Origin: Octopus bimaculoides
Lineage: Eukaryota
Reading direction: 5' to 3'
DNA: 32,745 bases
Assembly (NCBI RefSeq): GCF_001194135.2
Contig: NC_068983.1
Location: forward strand, 78,080,931-78,113,675
Part shown: piece by piece, positions 22,550 to 32,745 of the stretch
Layout of the letters: every line of letters starts with the position of its first letter
How positions within the stretch are numbered: position 1 is the first letter of the stretch
Translations under genes and position numbers: made by a program
Notes under the pieces: model-generated
Told to the model about the DNA's origin: nothing
The model's input: the letters and a program-made list of their open reading frames with translations, nothing else
Database searches by the model: none

Positions 22550-23430
22550 GATTTCCTTCTTTCTTCATTCCTTCCTATTTTTTGTCCAATAATTCATTTT
22601 CGTCTCTTATATTTAAATGTATTCTTCTCTGCTCTGTCAAGATATAATAACTGACAAAGTTAAATCAACACTAAAGGTCTGTTAAAATTTATTTTTCCTT
22701 TTTCTTTGTCTACATGAAAATTCCTTTACTTCTTTCAATTCTATTTTTCATCCTGCAACTCATTTTTGTTGTCTTCTTTCGTCTATTTGAACTTTTTTTT
22801 TTTTTTGTTTGCTCCATTTCACGAAGTCTGAGGAAGAAAATAATATCTAAGAGCAACTAAGTTACATTAATATCTGCTTAAGTTTATTTTCTCTAGTCCC
22901 ACATTGGAGTAATGGTAAGCATTTAGCTTATCTCCACCCGACAGAATGCATTAATAACATTAATGTTTCTCTTAAAAAAAGGTTTCTTCAGTTCTTTGTA
23001 TAAATAATTATGTGTGCAATACTTATTGAACTTTTGTTGAGGAATTAATTTTTATCATCAAAGGTTTCAACAGAAAATTACTTTATATAAACCTCTAAAC
23101 TATGTAAATTGATTTTCTTTTGACACTGCCAAATATAGTCATGTACATATACCACGATATAGTTGGTAATTTATTAAAAACTAATGAAAAGATAGACAAC
23201 ATAATTAAACGAACACTTTAAATCATTTATTCCAACATTCTACTGTTTCTGCTTGGAGCCCATCATTATGAAATATGTAATCATAAGACTTTATGCATAT
23301 ACAGCAACTTAAACAATCCCTATACTCTGTTGAGCAATTACATCATCTCTACACACCCTGTGTCAAATTAAGATATAACTTTAATCATATTTGAAATCTT
23401 GAAGATCAAATATATTATACATGAGCTTAC

Positions 23431-23517
23431 ATAATTTTAAACATCCTTTTAGTTCAATATTGGTCTTATATGACTTCCATGCATCGTAAGTCAATGTGGA
23501 GTGTAACTTTATTCTTC
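23431..23517 (-). other. Candidate internal exon (87 nt, phase 1-1)
   Basis: Donor TTAT|GTAAGC; open frame RIKLHSTLTYDAWKSYKTNIELKGCLKL; but the acceptor lacks a pyrimidine tract. Confidence 0.15.
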
Positions 23518-23856
23518 CTTAAATCCTTATAATCATTTTAAACATACTATAGATATTGCCATTCTGCAATCTTGATCATTCGGGGAATTTGAAGCAGAAT
23601 TTCATGATTTGAACATGAAATGATAATGTACTTCAGCACTTAATGGGTCCAAAATGTGTAAATACTATCTTTGTCATTCTAAACGGTGATGTGAGAAATT
23701 AAATCCAAACTGCAACAATTTCAATATGAAGCCATTGGAAATCCCAAAGTTAAAGAGTGCATGAATTGAAATGGCTCAAATTGGAGTCAACTCTATATTT
23801 GAAAGTCTTCTGTAACAAGTAAACTATTACTGTTGTCATTAATGCACATCATCGTA

Positions 23857-24050
23857 TTCTTTTATTTGTTTCAGTCATTGAACTGTGGTCATGCTAGGGC
23901 ACCACATTGAGGGGTTTACTCAATAAGATTGACCTCGGTAATTATTTGAAGTTTGGTGCTGATTCTAACGGTTTCTTGTTATCAAATTGCTATGTTATGA
24001 GTACATAACACAACCAGCACTGATTGTCAAGTGGTTAAACACAAACACAT
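23857..24050 (-). mobile_element. SINE family D tail, decayed
   Basis: TTTTATTTGTTTCAGTCATTGAACTGTGGTCATGCTAGGGCACCAC...CAGCACTGATTGTCAAG matches 31010-31180; followed by (TG/TA/CA)n to ~24165. Confidence 0.8.
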
Positions 24051-24099
24051 GACCACATATAAACATGTTCACTTACACTATATGTGTGTGAGTGTGTGC

Positions 24100-24156
<57 letters not shown>

Positions 24157-24422
24157 TTCATATACATTCTCTCCCCCTTTTTTTACCTCTTAATCATTTC
24201 TGTCTAAGAGAGTAGGCTTGCAACATAAAAGGTTTTTCCATTCTCCCCAAGCATTAAACTAATACACCTGCTTGTTGTTCCTACACCTGCTTTCATCTTC
24301 GTTTTCTGTAAATTTGAACTATATATATACATTTACGTATTTAGGTATGTNNNNNNNNNNCACTTATGTATTTTTTAGGTATGTAAATATATATATATAC
24401 ATTTACGTATTTAGGTATGTAA

Positions 24423-24461
<39 letters not shown>

Positions 24462-24645
24462 ATTATACATTATATACATGCATTTACACAACAGTCTCCA
24501 ACACAACTACATTCCTTCACAAAGCATTGTTCAGCATTGGCTATAGTAAAAGACACACAAAGAGTGTCACACACTAGAACTAAAACTGAATTCAAATGGT
24601 TTACAAATCAAACTTTTTAACCATGCAGTCATGTCTAAACCTATA

Positions 24646-24859
24646 CAAGGGATTGCTGAAAAGTTCCTTGTTTTAAGGGTATTGTGAAAGGCCTGGTTGG
24701 AGTCCCAATCTTCTGAGTTATTTTACAGAGCTTAAAATAACTGAAGGAACATTGTAATAAGTGTGTGTACCTGAGAGGGTAAAATGTATAAAATTATAAT
24801 TAACTGATCCTCCTGTATTTTCTTTTACCCAAAGCCAGAAACTTTTCAGCATTCCCTCA
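24646..24859 (+). mobile_element. Mariner (Tc1/mariner) internal-deletion derivative, 214 bp
   Basis: TA TSDs at 24644-45 and 24860-61. ~29-bp imperfect TIRs share GGGA-TGCTGAAAAGTT. The interior reads LKEHCNKCVYLRG*NV, resembling the mariner transposase C-terminus (L.ERW.KCV...G.Y.E). Confidence 0.85.
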
Positions 24860-25089
24860 TACTTATTCTAAACTTTATAGCTTACATGCTGGAAGATTAT
24901 CCAGTTCTTCATCTTGTTAGGAGGTGTGTCTAAATATAAGTCAGCTTGTCAGAGTCTCCGCCTCTCCAAGTGGTTTGTGCTTATACATGGTTATTCAACC
25001 CAACTGAATTTTCACTTAAATCTTCCTTAAATCACTCTTTATCATATTAAAAAAAGATGCCTTGGTCATAGGTCTGCTCTGGAAGTCTA

Positions 25090-25490
25090 CACCAGATTCC
25101 AGTCTGATTTGGCATGGTTTCTATGGCTGGCTGCCCTTCCTAATGCCAATCACTACGAGAGTGTAATGGGTGCCATTTGCATGACACCGGTATCTGCCTC
25201 AACTGCAATTTTGCTCGGCTTGATGGGTCTTCTTCTCAAGCACAACATAATGCCAAAGGTCAAGGTCATTGCCTCCATGAGGCACAACACTCGAAAGGAG
25301 CTCAGCCACTTTGCCTCTGTGAGGCCCAACTCTTGAAGAGTGCTTTTTACATACCACCGGCATAGGGATCAGCATCAGCATCATGACTACAATTTCACTT
25401 GGCTTGATGGTCTTCTTAAGCACAGCATATCACCAAAGGTCTCAGTCATAAGTTATTGCTTCTGTGAGGCCCAAAGTTCGAAGACCATAC
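25090..25490 (-). mobile_element. Family C retroposon copy with an internal tandem duplication
   Basis: TTTGGCATGGTTTCTATGGCTGGCTGCCCTTCCTAATGCCAATCAC is the inverted family C tail. GGCTTGATGG...CAAAGGTC...GTGAGGC occurs at ~25217-25285 and ~25402-25470. Confidence 0.75.
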
Positions 25491-25765
25491 TTCACCACTT
25501 TGTCTCATGTCTTCCTGGGTCTACCTCTACCACTGTTTCCCTCCACAGTTATGTATATGCATTCATATATATGAGAAGATACATTGCGGAACTGTTATTT
25601 TAATGTGTTGTGTCTATTTATCACCTGATGAGACACATCTGCACTGTCCGATATTCCTCAACCAGTTGTTGGGCGTCCCACCCATGAGGGATCAATGCTA
25701 GATGTGTTGAAACAATTGATGTGATTAATAAATTTTCATATACTCCATCTTCTGTCTTTCAGTTA

Positions 25766-25767
<2 letters not shown>

Positions 25768-25820
<53 letters not shown>

Positions 25821-27881
25821 TATCAAAAGCTATATACTATTTTTATGTTGTAACTATGGCCATTTTCAATAACTATCTGTTTTTACTTGCAACAGTATCT
25901 TTGTCAAATAAGAAATATATAACTAATATATTAAAGAGAATTGGCATGATAATATTATGCTAGTTTGTACTTAAGGGCATATCAAATTAAAAACGCTATT
26001 TCATTTTGTATTCTCCATTGCTCAAGGGTTATTGCATTATACTCTGCTGAGTATCATAACATCATTGTAGATTATTTTGTTACATTGGGAAACACAGTTG
26101 CAGTTAAAATATAAATATAGCAGAGATGAACCATTAAAAGCAATATTAAATAAAACAGCATGAGAATTATTAATATTATGTTTTATAATACATACATACA
26201 GACATATATATATATATATATATATATACATACAAACACATGTACATATATACACATTTACATACATACACAAATACACATGCACACAGATAGATTGATA
26301 AGCAGATAGATAGATAGGTAGATAGATAGATAGATAGATAGAGAGATAGATAGATAGATAGATAGAAAGATAAACAGATACCCACTTTCCATCACATAAA
26401 TATACACTTAGTGACAAGAGCTAGGGCTGAGTGAGCAAATATGTGGATTGCTAACTAAAGCTTAAAAGTTCACATTAAGCCCCAGGTGATAAGATGGTAT
26501 CGTGCTGTTGGTTGTTCAATAATTAGATTTTGTTTCCTTTTGAAACTGCAATCATTGAGTGGTGCAATGTTCAAACTGTCACGTTGCAATCCAAATGATC
26601 TATTAATGTATAGACACGGTTATGTAGTAGAAAAGTTTGTTTTCCATGTACACAGTTCCAGGTTAAATCATTTTGCACAGCTTCTTTGGTTAGAATACTC
26701 TAACATAATATTGGTTTGATCAATATCTTGTGAGTGAAATTTGAATGCAGAAATTGTGCAAAAGCCTGTCATTCATTCATTGGTACATACATACATAATA
26801 CATACATACATACATACATACATACATACATACATGCTTACATACATACAGGGATGAATAGGTGGATAAATGGATGGATTAAAGGAGAGATAGATGGAGA
26901 CACATGAATACCAGTGCTTTAAGGATGAATTCTTTATGATGTTTGCCCTAGGACAAGTTACCAATTTCTCCTCGTTCTCCTCATCACAAACACAGTAAAG
27001 CAATATTAGATCCCTTGAAATCTTATAATCAAAAATACTTTTGTTCAACAAAATGAAAATGTTCATGTCAAAGTGTGTAGTACTAATCTCAAATATGAGT
27101 ATAGTATAACTAAGATATGATATCACTAAGGTTATCATACAAGGGGAAAAACAGGCCTGTGGATTGTGCCTGGTTATTTAAAAGACCCTTTTGCATTACA
27201 TAAGACCACTCAATCAGAGCTCGTCTGAAGTAACACTTGCAGCAACAACAAGCAATTTTTCTTGGTTATTATATGTGATAGACATACTAGTTCTGATAAG
27301 TATGGTTGGTTTAAGGAGCCTGAGAATGTATTTATAAATATGTCATATTAAAAAGACTTTTTGAGCAAACTAAATCTAAGTTACTAAAACGTATGGTATT
27401 TTAACAAACACAAACTCAGACCCATGAATACACCCATTTATCTTCCCATATATAGAAATGTTTGTAATGAAAACACAGAAATGGATGCCATGTTAGTTTT
27501 GACAATGAGTATTTTGCATGTTTGAACTGTATTTTTAACATGTTAAATTATGCAAAGGTCGATGACCCCACAAACACATGTATGATCATTGAAATGTTCA
27601 GGGAGAATTACTATCAGACTGTGTGTCACATGTTTGGGCCTTTAAAATATAGCCACAATTCAATCTATAGAAAAACGAATGCTAAATCCAAGATATCATT
27701 GCAAAATGAACTTGTAAACCATTTGTTCTCACCAACAACATATACAAAATATATACAGTACATATACATATATATATGCATACACACACACACACACATA
27801 TATATAAATATATATATACATGCATATATATATACATTTATATACATACGTACATACATATGTATATATATATATCTATAC

Positions 27882-27932
<51 letters not shown>
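25768..27932. repeat. Separate microsatellites within this span: (TA)n 25768-25812, (TA/CA/GATA)n ~26190-26370, (CATA)n ~26780-26850, (TA/CA)n ~27750-27932 before N gap 27933-28326
   Basis: Directly visible; the intervening DNA is unique or unassigned. Confidence 0.9.
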
Positions 27933-28389
27933 NNNNNNNNNNNNNNNNNNNNNNNNNNNNNNNNNNNNNNNNNNNNNNNNNNNNNNNNNNNNNNNNNNNN
28001 NNNNNNNNNNNNNNNNNNNNNNNNNNNNNNNNNNNNNNNNNNNNNNNNNNNNNNNNNNNNNNNNNNNNNNNNNNNNNNNNNNNNNNNNNNNNNNNNNNNN
28101 NNNNNNNNNNNNNNNNNNNNNNNNNNNNNNNNNNNNNNNNNNNNNNNNNNNNNNNNNNNNNNNNNNNNNNNNNNNNNNNNNNNNNNNNNNNNNNNNNNNN
28201 NNNNNNNNNNNNNNNNNNNNNNNNNNNNNNNNNNNNNNNNNNNNNNNNNNNNNNNNNNNNNNNNNNNNNNNNNNNNNNNNNNNNNNNNNNNNNNNNNNNN
28301 NNNNNNNNNNNNNNNNNNNNNNNNNNATATATATTTACAAGATCACCTCCACCAATTCCCTCTCCCCTCTCAAAGGATCCTTGTCTTAA

Positions 28390-28595
28390 AAGTTACTTGG
28401 TGACCCTACCAATGCTAGTGCCATGTAAAAAGCACTCTGTTCAATAGTTGGTGTTTGGAAGAGCATCCAGCAGTAAAAAGCCGTGCCAAAACAGACACAG
28501 AGCTTTAGTGCAGTCTTCTATCTGGTCAACTCCTGTCAAACCGTGCAATCCATGCATGCCAACATTGAAGGGACGATGAGTGATGATGCTGATGA
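28390..28595 (+). mobile_element. Family C retroposon 3' part, decayed
   Basis: GTGCCATGTAAAAAGCAC...TTGGAAGAGCATCCAGCAGTAAAAAGCCGTGCCAAA...CAATCCATGC followed by a degenerate (GAT)n. Confidence 0.75.
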
Positions 28596-28664
28596 GTATA
28601 GGGAAAAAATTAAGGCGTGCGTACTTTACATAAAAAATACTTTCAGGGTCAAATAAAAAGAAGA

Positions 28665-29535
28665 AAACAAAACCTATAGTAAATACACAGCCGAACAGAA
28701 AACACAGAAGGTCACCAAATCAGTTATCAGCTAGAGGGTCGAGCGCAATTTCGGCCATTATCGATAATATTGGTTCCACCCTGATGGCACCGACAAGAAG
28801 CTTGCCGGGAATGGGACCAAAACGTAACAAAACGAGACGGACTCGAGACGAGACCGTAAATGGACGGACGAGAGACAAAAGATTTAACAGAATATAGGCT
28901 TAGGGCCAGATGAAGACAACAATTAATAGTAATAATACATATACAACAAAAAAGCTGTGGGCCTCCAATGAAGATAAAAGTGGGTAATGTAAAGGAGAAA
29001 TTAAAACTGTCCGATAGGACAATAGACACAAGAGGGTAGAACGAGGAGCACAGGGAATCGTGACCGGTTCGGTCGAAGGCAACGTGAAAAATAATGACCC
29101 TGACGTGTCATCGCGTTGCCTTCGACCGGACTAGTCACGATTCTCTGTACTCCTCGCTCTACCCCACCCCTGTGTCTATAGTCCTTTACGAAAATTTTCA
29201 TTTCTCCTTTGCGTTACTCACTTTTGTCTACGTTGCAGCCACACGGCTTTTTCTTTGTTACTTATGTATTATTATAATTATTAATTGTCTTCGTCTGGCC
29301 CTAAGCATTTATTCTGTTTAATATTTTGCCCCACGTCTTGGTCTCGTCTCGAGTCTGTTTGGTTTTGTTATGTTTTGGTCCCATTCCCAGCAAGTTTCTT
29401 GCCGGTGTCTCCAGAGTGGAAGCAATATTATCGATAATGGCTGAAATTGACCTTTTGGCTGATTACGGATGAGGAGTTGGTGGCCTTCTGTGTGTTTTTT
29501 TTTTGGCCTTTTTGTTTATTTACTACACGAGTTTT
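28665..29535. repeat. Long fold-back inverted repeat, ~420-bp arms, 23-nt spacer (29088-29110)
   Basis: Inner ends GGTCGAAGGCAACGTGA (29071-87) / TCGCGTTGCCTTCGACC (29111-27). Paired blocks include GGGAATGGGACCAAAAC, GACTCGAGACGAGACC, GCTTAGGGCCAGA and GCCATTATCGATAATATTG. Roughly 75-80% identity by eye. CpG-rich. No TSD recognised. Confidence 0.95.
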
Positions 29536-29749
29536 TTGTTTATTTACTGCACATTTTTTAATTATATGTGTGTGAGTGTGTCTTTATAATTTTGTAAGCA
29601 AACCCGAAGACTGCAAATTACAGAGAAGAGCGACTACATAGGTCTTTTTATAATAACTGTAATCATATATTATTATTATTAAAAAATATAATTTCAGTTA
29701 TTACACACACACATATATATGTATGTATGCATGTATGTATGTATAATTA

Positions 29750-30720
29750 TCTTAATATTATACATATTTTTCGTATATAAAAAAAGTTGTTTGCGATGTT
29801 TATACAGTTTTTTTTTGGCATTATGAAGGTGAATGGAATATGTGAACTTAGTACAGATAATTTGACTTTATTTTTTTAATTCTACATGCAAAAACAGATA
29901 AGATACAGGTATTCTTTTTCTTGGGACAAATTCTTTGTTGACCAGTGTTATTCTTATCGTAGTTTATATATCCAAGCATGAAAACGTTACTCAGCTTTGA
30001 AGTTTTTGAGACAAACGCCTCCTTTTCACTCACACATGCACTTATATATTGATAATGTACGCAAATACATGACAGGTATACATAATACTGAAATACGCAG
30101 AAAGTAAAGCCATGCAGACAAATATATCAACATAAATTAAAAATACACATACAATCAATAAAGAGACAAAAGAAACAGTAAGATGATACATGTTGATTTT
30201 ATTCGGTATTTCTGTTTATTTAGAAACCTACAATGAACAGGTCAGACGCTAAACTATAAATTTCACAGAGTACATCCTTAAAGTTGACACTGCTCCGCTA
30301 AACGCAGAAACATTCTGCCTCGCTATTGGCTAAAAATACACAGTTTTTCCGATTTTTTAACATTCTGTAACTTCTTCTTCCAATTTTTTTCTCCACTATA
30401 TCATACCTTCATAGCAATGAGACTGGAAGACTACATTATTATAGCCGAATTTCAGATATTTACTTCCTTTAAAGAAAATGCATATTTTGCGAATGAAAAA
30501 AAAAAACTAGATCCGCAGGGGGTATAGTAATGTTCTGTGTATGATGCACTAAAGTCGAGAACAATAACTGTTTGGTAAGTGATTACAAGATGCAGCTTTC
30601 GCTGTATACGGGTATATTTAGAAGTACACGTGGGCGTGTATCTACAAAAAAATAATTCAAAACTCTTCATTACCTGAGTAACATTACAGGTTTCATGTTA
30701 AAAACTATTGAGAAAGGGTC
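29750..30720. promoter_or_regulatory. CpG-retaining unique segment, candidate promoter/5' end
   Basis: About 20 CpGs in ~1 kb versus almost none in unique DNA of the left 28 kb. Inverted CCAAT box (AGCCAATAG on minus, ATTGG at 30325-29), CACGTG at 30627-32 abutting GGGCGTG, and a strong plus donor TTG|GTAAGT at 30575. No transcript evidence. Confidence 0.3.
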
Positions 30721-30731
30721 GAGTTCGTGTT

Positions 30732-30807
30732 GTCCCAGTAGCGCATTGGATAGCACGCCGAACCTCTTCTAACTCAGGGGTCATGAGTTCGAATCCTACC
30801 AGGGATG
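30732..30807 (+). pseudogene. Degenerate tRNA-Arg(TCT)
   Basis: Acceptor GTCCCAG/CAGGGAT, D-arm GCGC-ATTGGATA-GCAC, anticodon loop CTTCTAA (TCT at 30768-70), T-loop TTCGAAT, downstream T-runs. There are mismatches in all stems and a 3-nt insertion 5' of the anticodon loop. Confidence 0.8.
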
Positions 30808-30999
30808 ATTAGCTTTTAGTTTTTTCTTTAATTTTCTTTCTTTGAAGTTAAATTTTTCTGAAAGTTATTTTTATTCAACTTCATTAAATTGTTTGCAATC
30901 TTTTAAAATATTCTTATCTGTATGAAAAATGAAAACCAATGAACTAAACTTGATATCTCCCACAGTACGTAACTTTGCGGTCACCCTGTTTATATATAT

Positions 31000-31367
31000 C
31001 TCTTTTACTCTTTTACTTGTTTCAGTCATTTGACTGCGGCCATGCTGGAGCACCACCTTTAGTCGAGCAAATCGACCCCAGGACTTATTTTTGGATGCCT
31101 AGTACTTATTCTATCGGTCTATTTTGCCGAACCGCTAAGTTACGGGGACGTAAACACATCAGCATCGGTTGTCAAGCGATGTTGGGGGGACAAACACAGA
31201 CACACAAACATACACACACACACATATATATATATATATACATATATATACGAGGGGCTTCTTTCAGTTTCCGTCTACCAAATCCACTCACAAGGCTTTG
31301 GTCGGCCCGAGGCTATAGTAGAAGACACTTGCCCAAGGTGTCACGCAGTGGGACTGAACCCGGGACC
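31000..31367 (-). mobile_element. SINE family D, best-preserved copy (head truncated by N gap 31368-31488)
   Basis: Minus strand GGTTCAGTCCCACTGCGTGACACCTTGGGCAAGTGTCTTCTACTATAGCCTCGGGCCGACC..., internal (TA/TG)n, tail ...GCTCCAGCATGGCCGCAGTCAAATGACTGAAACAAGTAAAAGAG; CpGs intact. Confidence 0.95.
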
Positions 31368-31488
31368 NNNNNNNNNNNNNNNNNNNNNNNNNNNNNNNNN
31401 NNNNNNNNNNNNNNNNNNNNNNNNNNNNNNNNNNNNNNNNNNNNNNNNNNNNNNNNNNNNNNNNNNNNNNNNNNNNNNNNNNNNNNNN

Positions 31489-32040
31489 AAAAAATGGAAC
31501 AAGTACGTAACAGGTGACAACAAAACATTCGGACAGTTAGACGATATAACAACGGACAGGAAAGACACAAAGACGGATCATTCGGAGCTTCCTATCCTTA
31601 GTCGAGTTCCAGGTCGTCTTTGCGGTTTCAGTCGGTTATACTCGAGACTGCTCCAATCTGCCCGGCCCCAAGAAAATCTAAGCTAAGAGCACTAGATTCT
31701 TTGGAAGAAAGCAAGCGAATGTATATGGAAACAAGGACGAAAAAAAGCGGAGAAATGGTACATAGTTACAAATGCATACAACAGGTGTCTTTCGTCTAAG
31801 GATTAATTAAATTAAGCTGGCGTGTGTGGAAGTCAAGCTTTACGGTAGGAACATAGGAGTTGAAAGTCATGGGAATGAATATAAGAAGTGCTACACGGAT
31901 GAGAGTCGAACGAAGAAAGAAAGTTCGAGTAGGAGGAGAGAGGTAGGGGCAAAGGGATTGAAGAATTAGGGGGGACGAGAAAAAGAAAAGTGGAAAGAAT
32001 GAAGTAGGGGGGCTAAAAGAAAGAGTTAAAGAACACACAT
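31489..32040. mobile_element. CpG-rich, strand-skewed probable dispersed repeat, possibly Penelope-associated
   Basis: Purine-rich plus strand, CpG-retaining and unlike the flanking DNA. No second copy in the window and no protein motif recognised. The PLE link is inferred only from proximity and composition. Confidence 0.35.
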
Positions 32041-32109
32041 ACTTATATACATACGTATATATATACACACACACGAACGCACGCGCACACACACATCACA
32101 TATATACAT

Positions 32110-32168
<59 letters not shown>

Positions 32169-32260
32169 CGCACACACACACACATGTAAATATATATATA
32201 TATATATGTATATATGAATATATACATATATGAATATATAGATATATGAGTATATATATT
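32040..32260. repeat. (TA/CA/CG)n compound dinucleotide array
   Basis: Directly visible. Confidence 0.95.
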
Positions 32261-32428
32261 CAAATATGAAATAGAAACAGCAATAGCTTAATAGAAGTTT
32301 TCAACCACACATACTAAAAACACATCAACAGTATATTTACCGATAGGCTGCTATTGACCTGATGGAAAATATTCTCTCAAAGCGCCAGGTATAAAAGCAC
32401 CTTAGAATGATGGATAAGCAAGATAGCT

Positions 32429-32465
32429 CATCGATGTCTATCACTAGGAGTGATAGACATCGATG
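32429..32465. other. Perfect hairpin, 17-bp stem with a 3-nt loop
   Basis: CATCGATGTCTATCACT-AGG-AGTGATAGACATCGATG. Confidence 0.97.
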
Positions 32466-32523
32466 TTTCTTTATTTTTGAGCCTTGCCAACATCACGCAC
32501 ACGTCAGGATCGGAAATGAATTA

Positions 32524-32745
32524 TTCGCGGGAGATATCTACCAGCAAACCTCGGGAGTGGCCATGGGGACGAGAATGGGCCCCAACTACGCGAACCTCTT
32601 GGTTCACAGCTTCTTCCCCAACCCAACCTCCCAACCTGGCTCGTTCCCCTGCTCCCGCCCACGCTGACGCACTTGCCCTTACCTCTCCAACACCACCCTC
32701 CTCTCCAGCACCCATCACCGACCCTATCACAACACCGACTTCTTC
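32524..32745 (+). mobile_element. Penelope-like element (Penelope/Poseidon type), internally deleted and truncated by the window edge
   Basis: FAGDIYQQTSGVAMGTRMGPNYANL is the PLE RT motif preceding YxDD. It runs in frame into LVHS...PGSFPCSRPR*RTCPYLSNTT, the Cys-rich linker before the GIY-YIG endonuclease. The second Cys codon is mutated to TGA (32665-67). Confidence 0.9.

Noticed and set aside
24323-24430. Duplicated ATATATATACATTTACGTATTTAGGTATGT on both sides of a 10-N gap
   Set aside because: Typical unmerged contig overlap; probably an assembly artefact.
12105-28447. Long ORFs containing X runs (12105-12573, 13443-13933, 18739-19522, 20395-21231, 27522-28447)
   Set aside because: They are long only because N gaps and (TA)/(TG) repeats lack stop codons.
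28665-29535. Hammerhead ribozyme in the fold-back arms or in 31489-32040
   Set aside because: Only near-matches to CUGANGA (CAGAYGA, CTGATGG, CGGATGA), with no stem II followed by GAAA.
32438-32456. tetO-like half sites CTATCA...TGATAG in the hairpin
   Set aside because: The spacer is 7 nt rather than 1 and the context is eukaryotic repeat DNA; coincidental.
1-32745. CRISPR arrays, rRNA genes or prokaryotic operons
   Set aside because: No regularly spaced direct repeats with unique spacers, no rRNA motifs, and no gene-dense architecture.

Overview
AT-rich, repeat-dense eukaryotic scaffold with eight N gaps, most likely a cephalopod (Octopus-type); this is inferred from recognising the SINE families, not from a search. 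No intact host protein-coding gene can be called. Nearly all ORFs in the supplied track are microsatellite read-through, gap artefacts or the wrong frame/strand of decayed transposons. The window contains: compound microsatellites; three recurring SINE-like families; decayed non-LTR retrotransposon fragments (two R4/Dong-like RLE copies, one RTE, two CR1-like); a mariner deletion derivative; an internally deleted Penelope-like element at the right edge; and a degenerate tRNA-Arg(TCT). The most striking signal is a set of fold-back structures. (i) A 586-bp non-autonomous DNA transposon with GG-starting TIRs and an 8-bp TSD, built around a (CCCTAA)3/(TTAGGG)6 palindrome. (ii) An ~870-bp CpG-rich inverted repeat with a 23-nt spacer. 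(iii) A tail-to-tail SINE pair. (iv) A three-arm long-TIR structure. (v) A perfect 17-bp hairpin. CpG content switches from depleted to retained at about 28.6 kb, which may mark the edge of a methylated gene body. Identities are eye estimates and most boundaries are approximate unless TSDs or splice sites are given.
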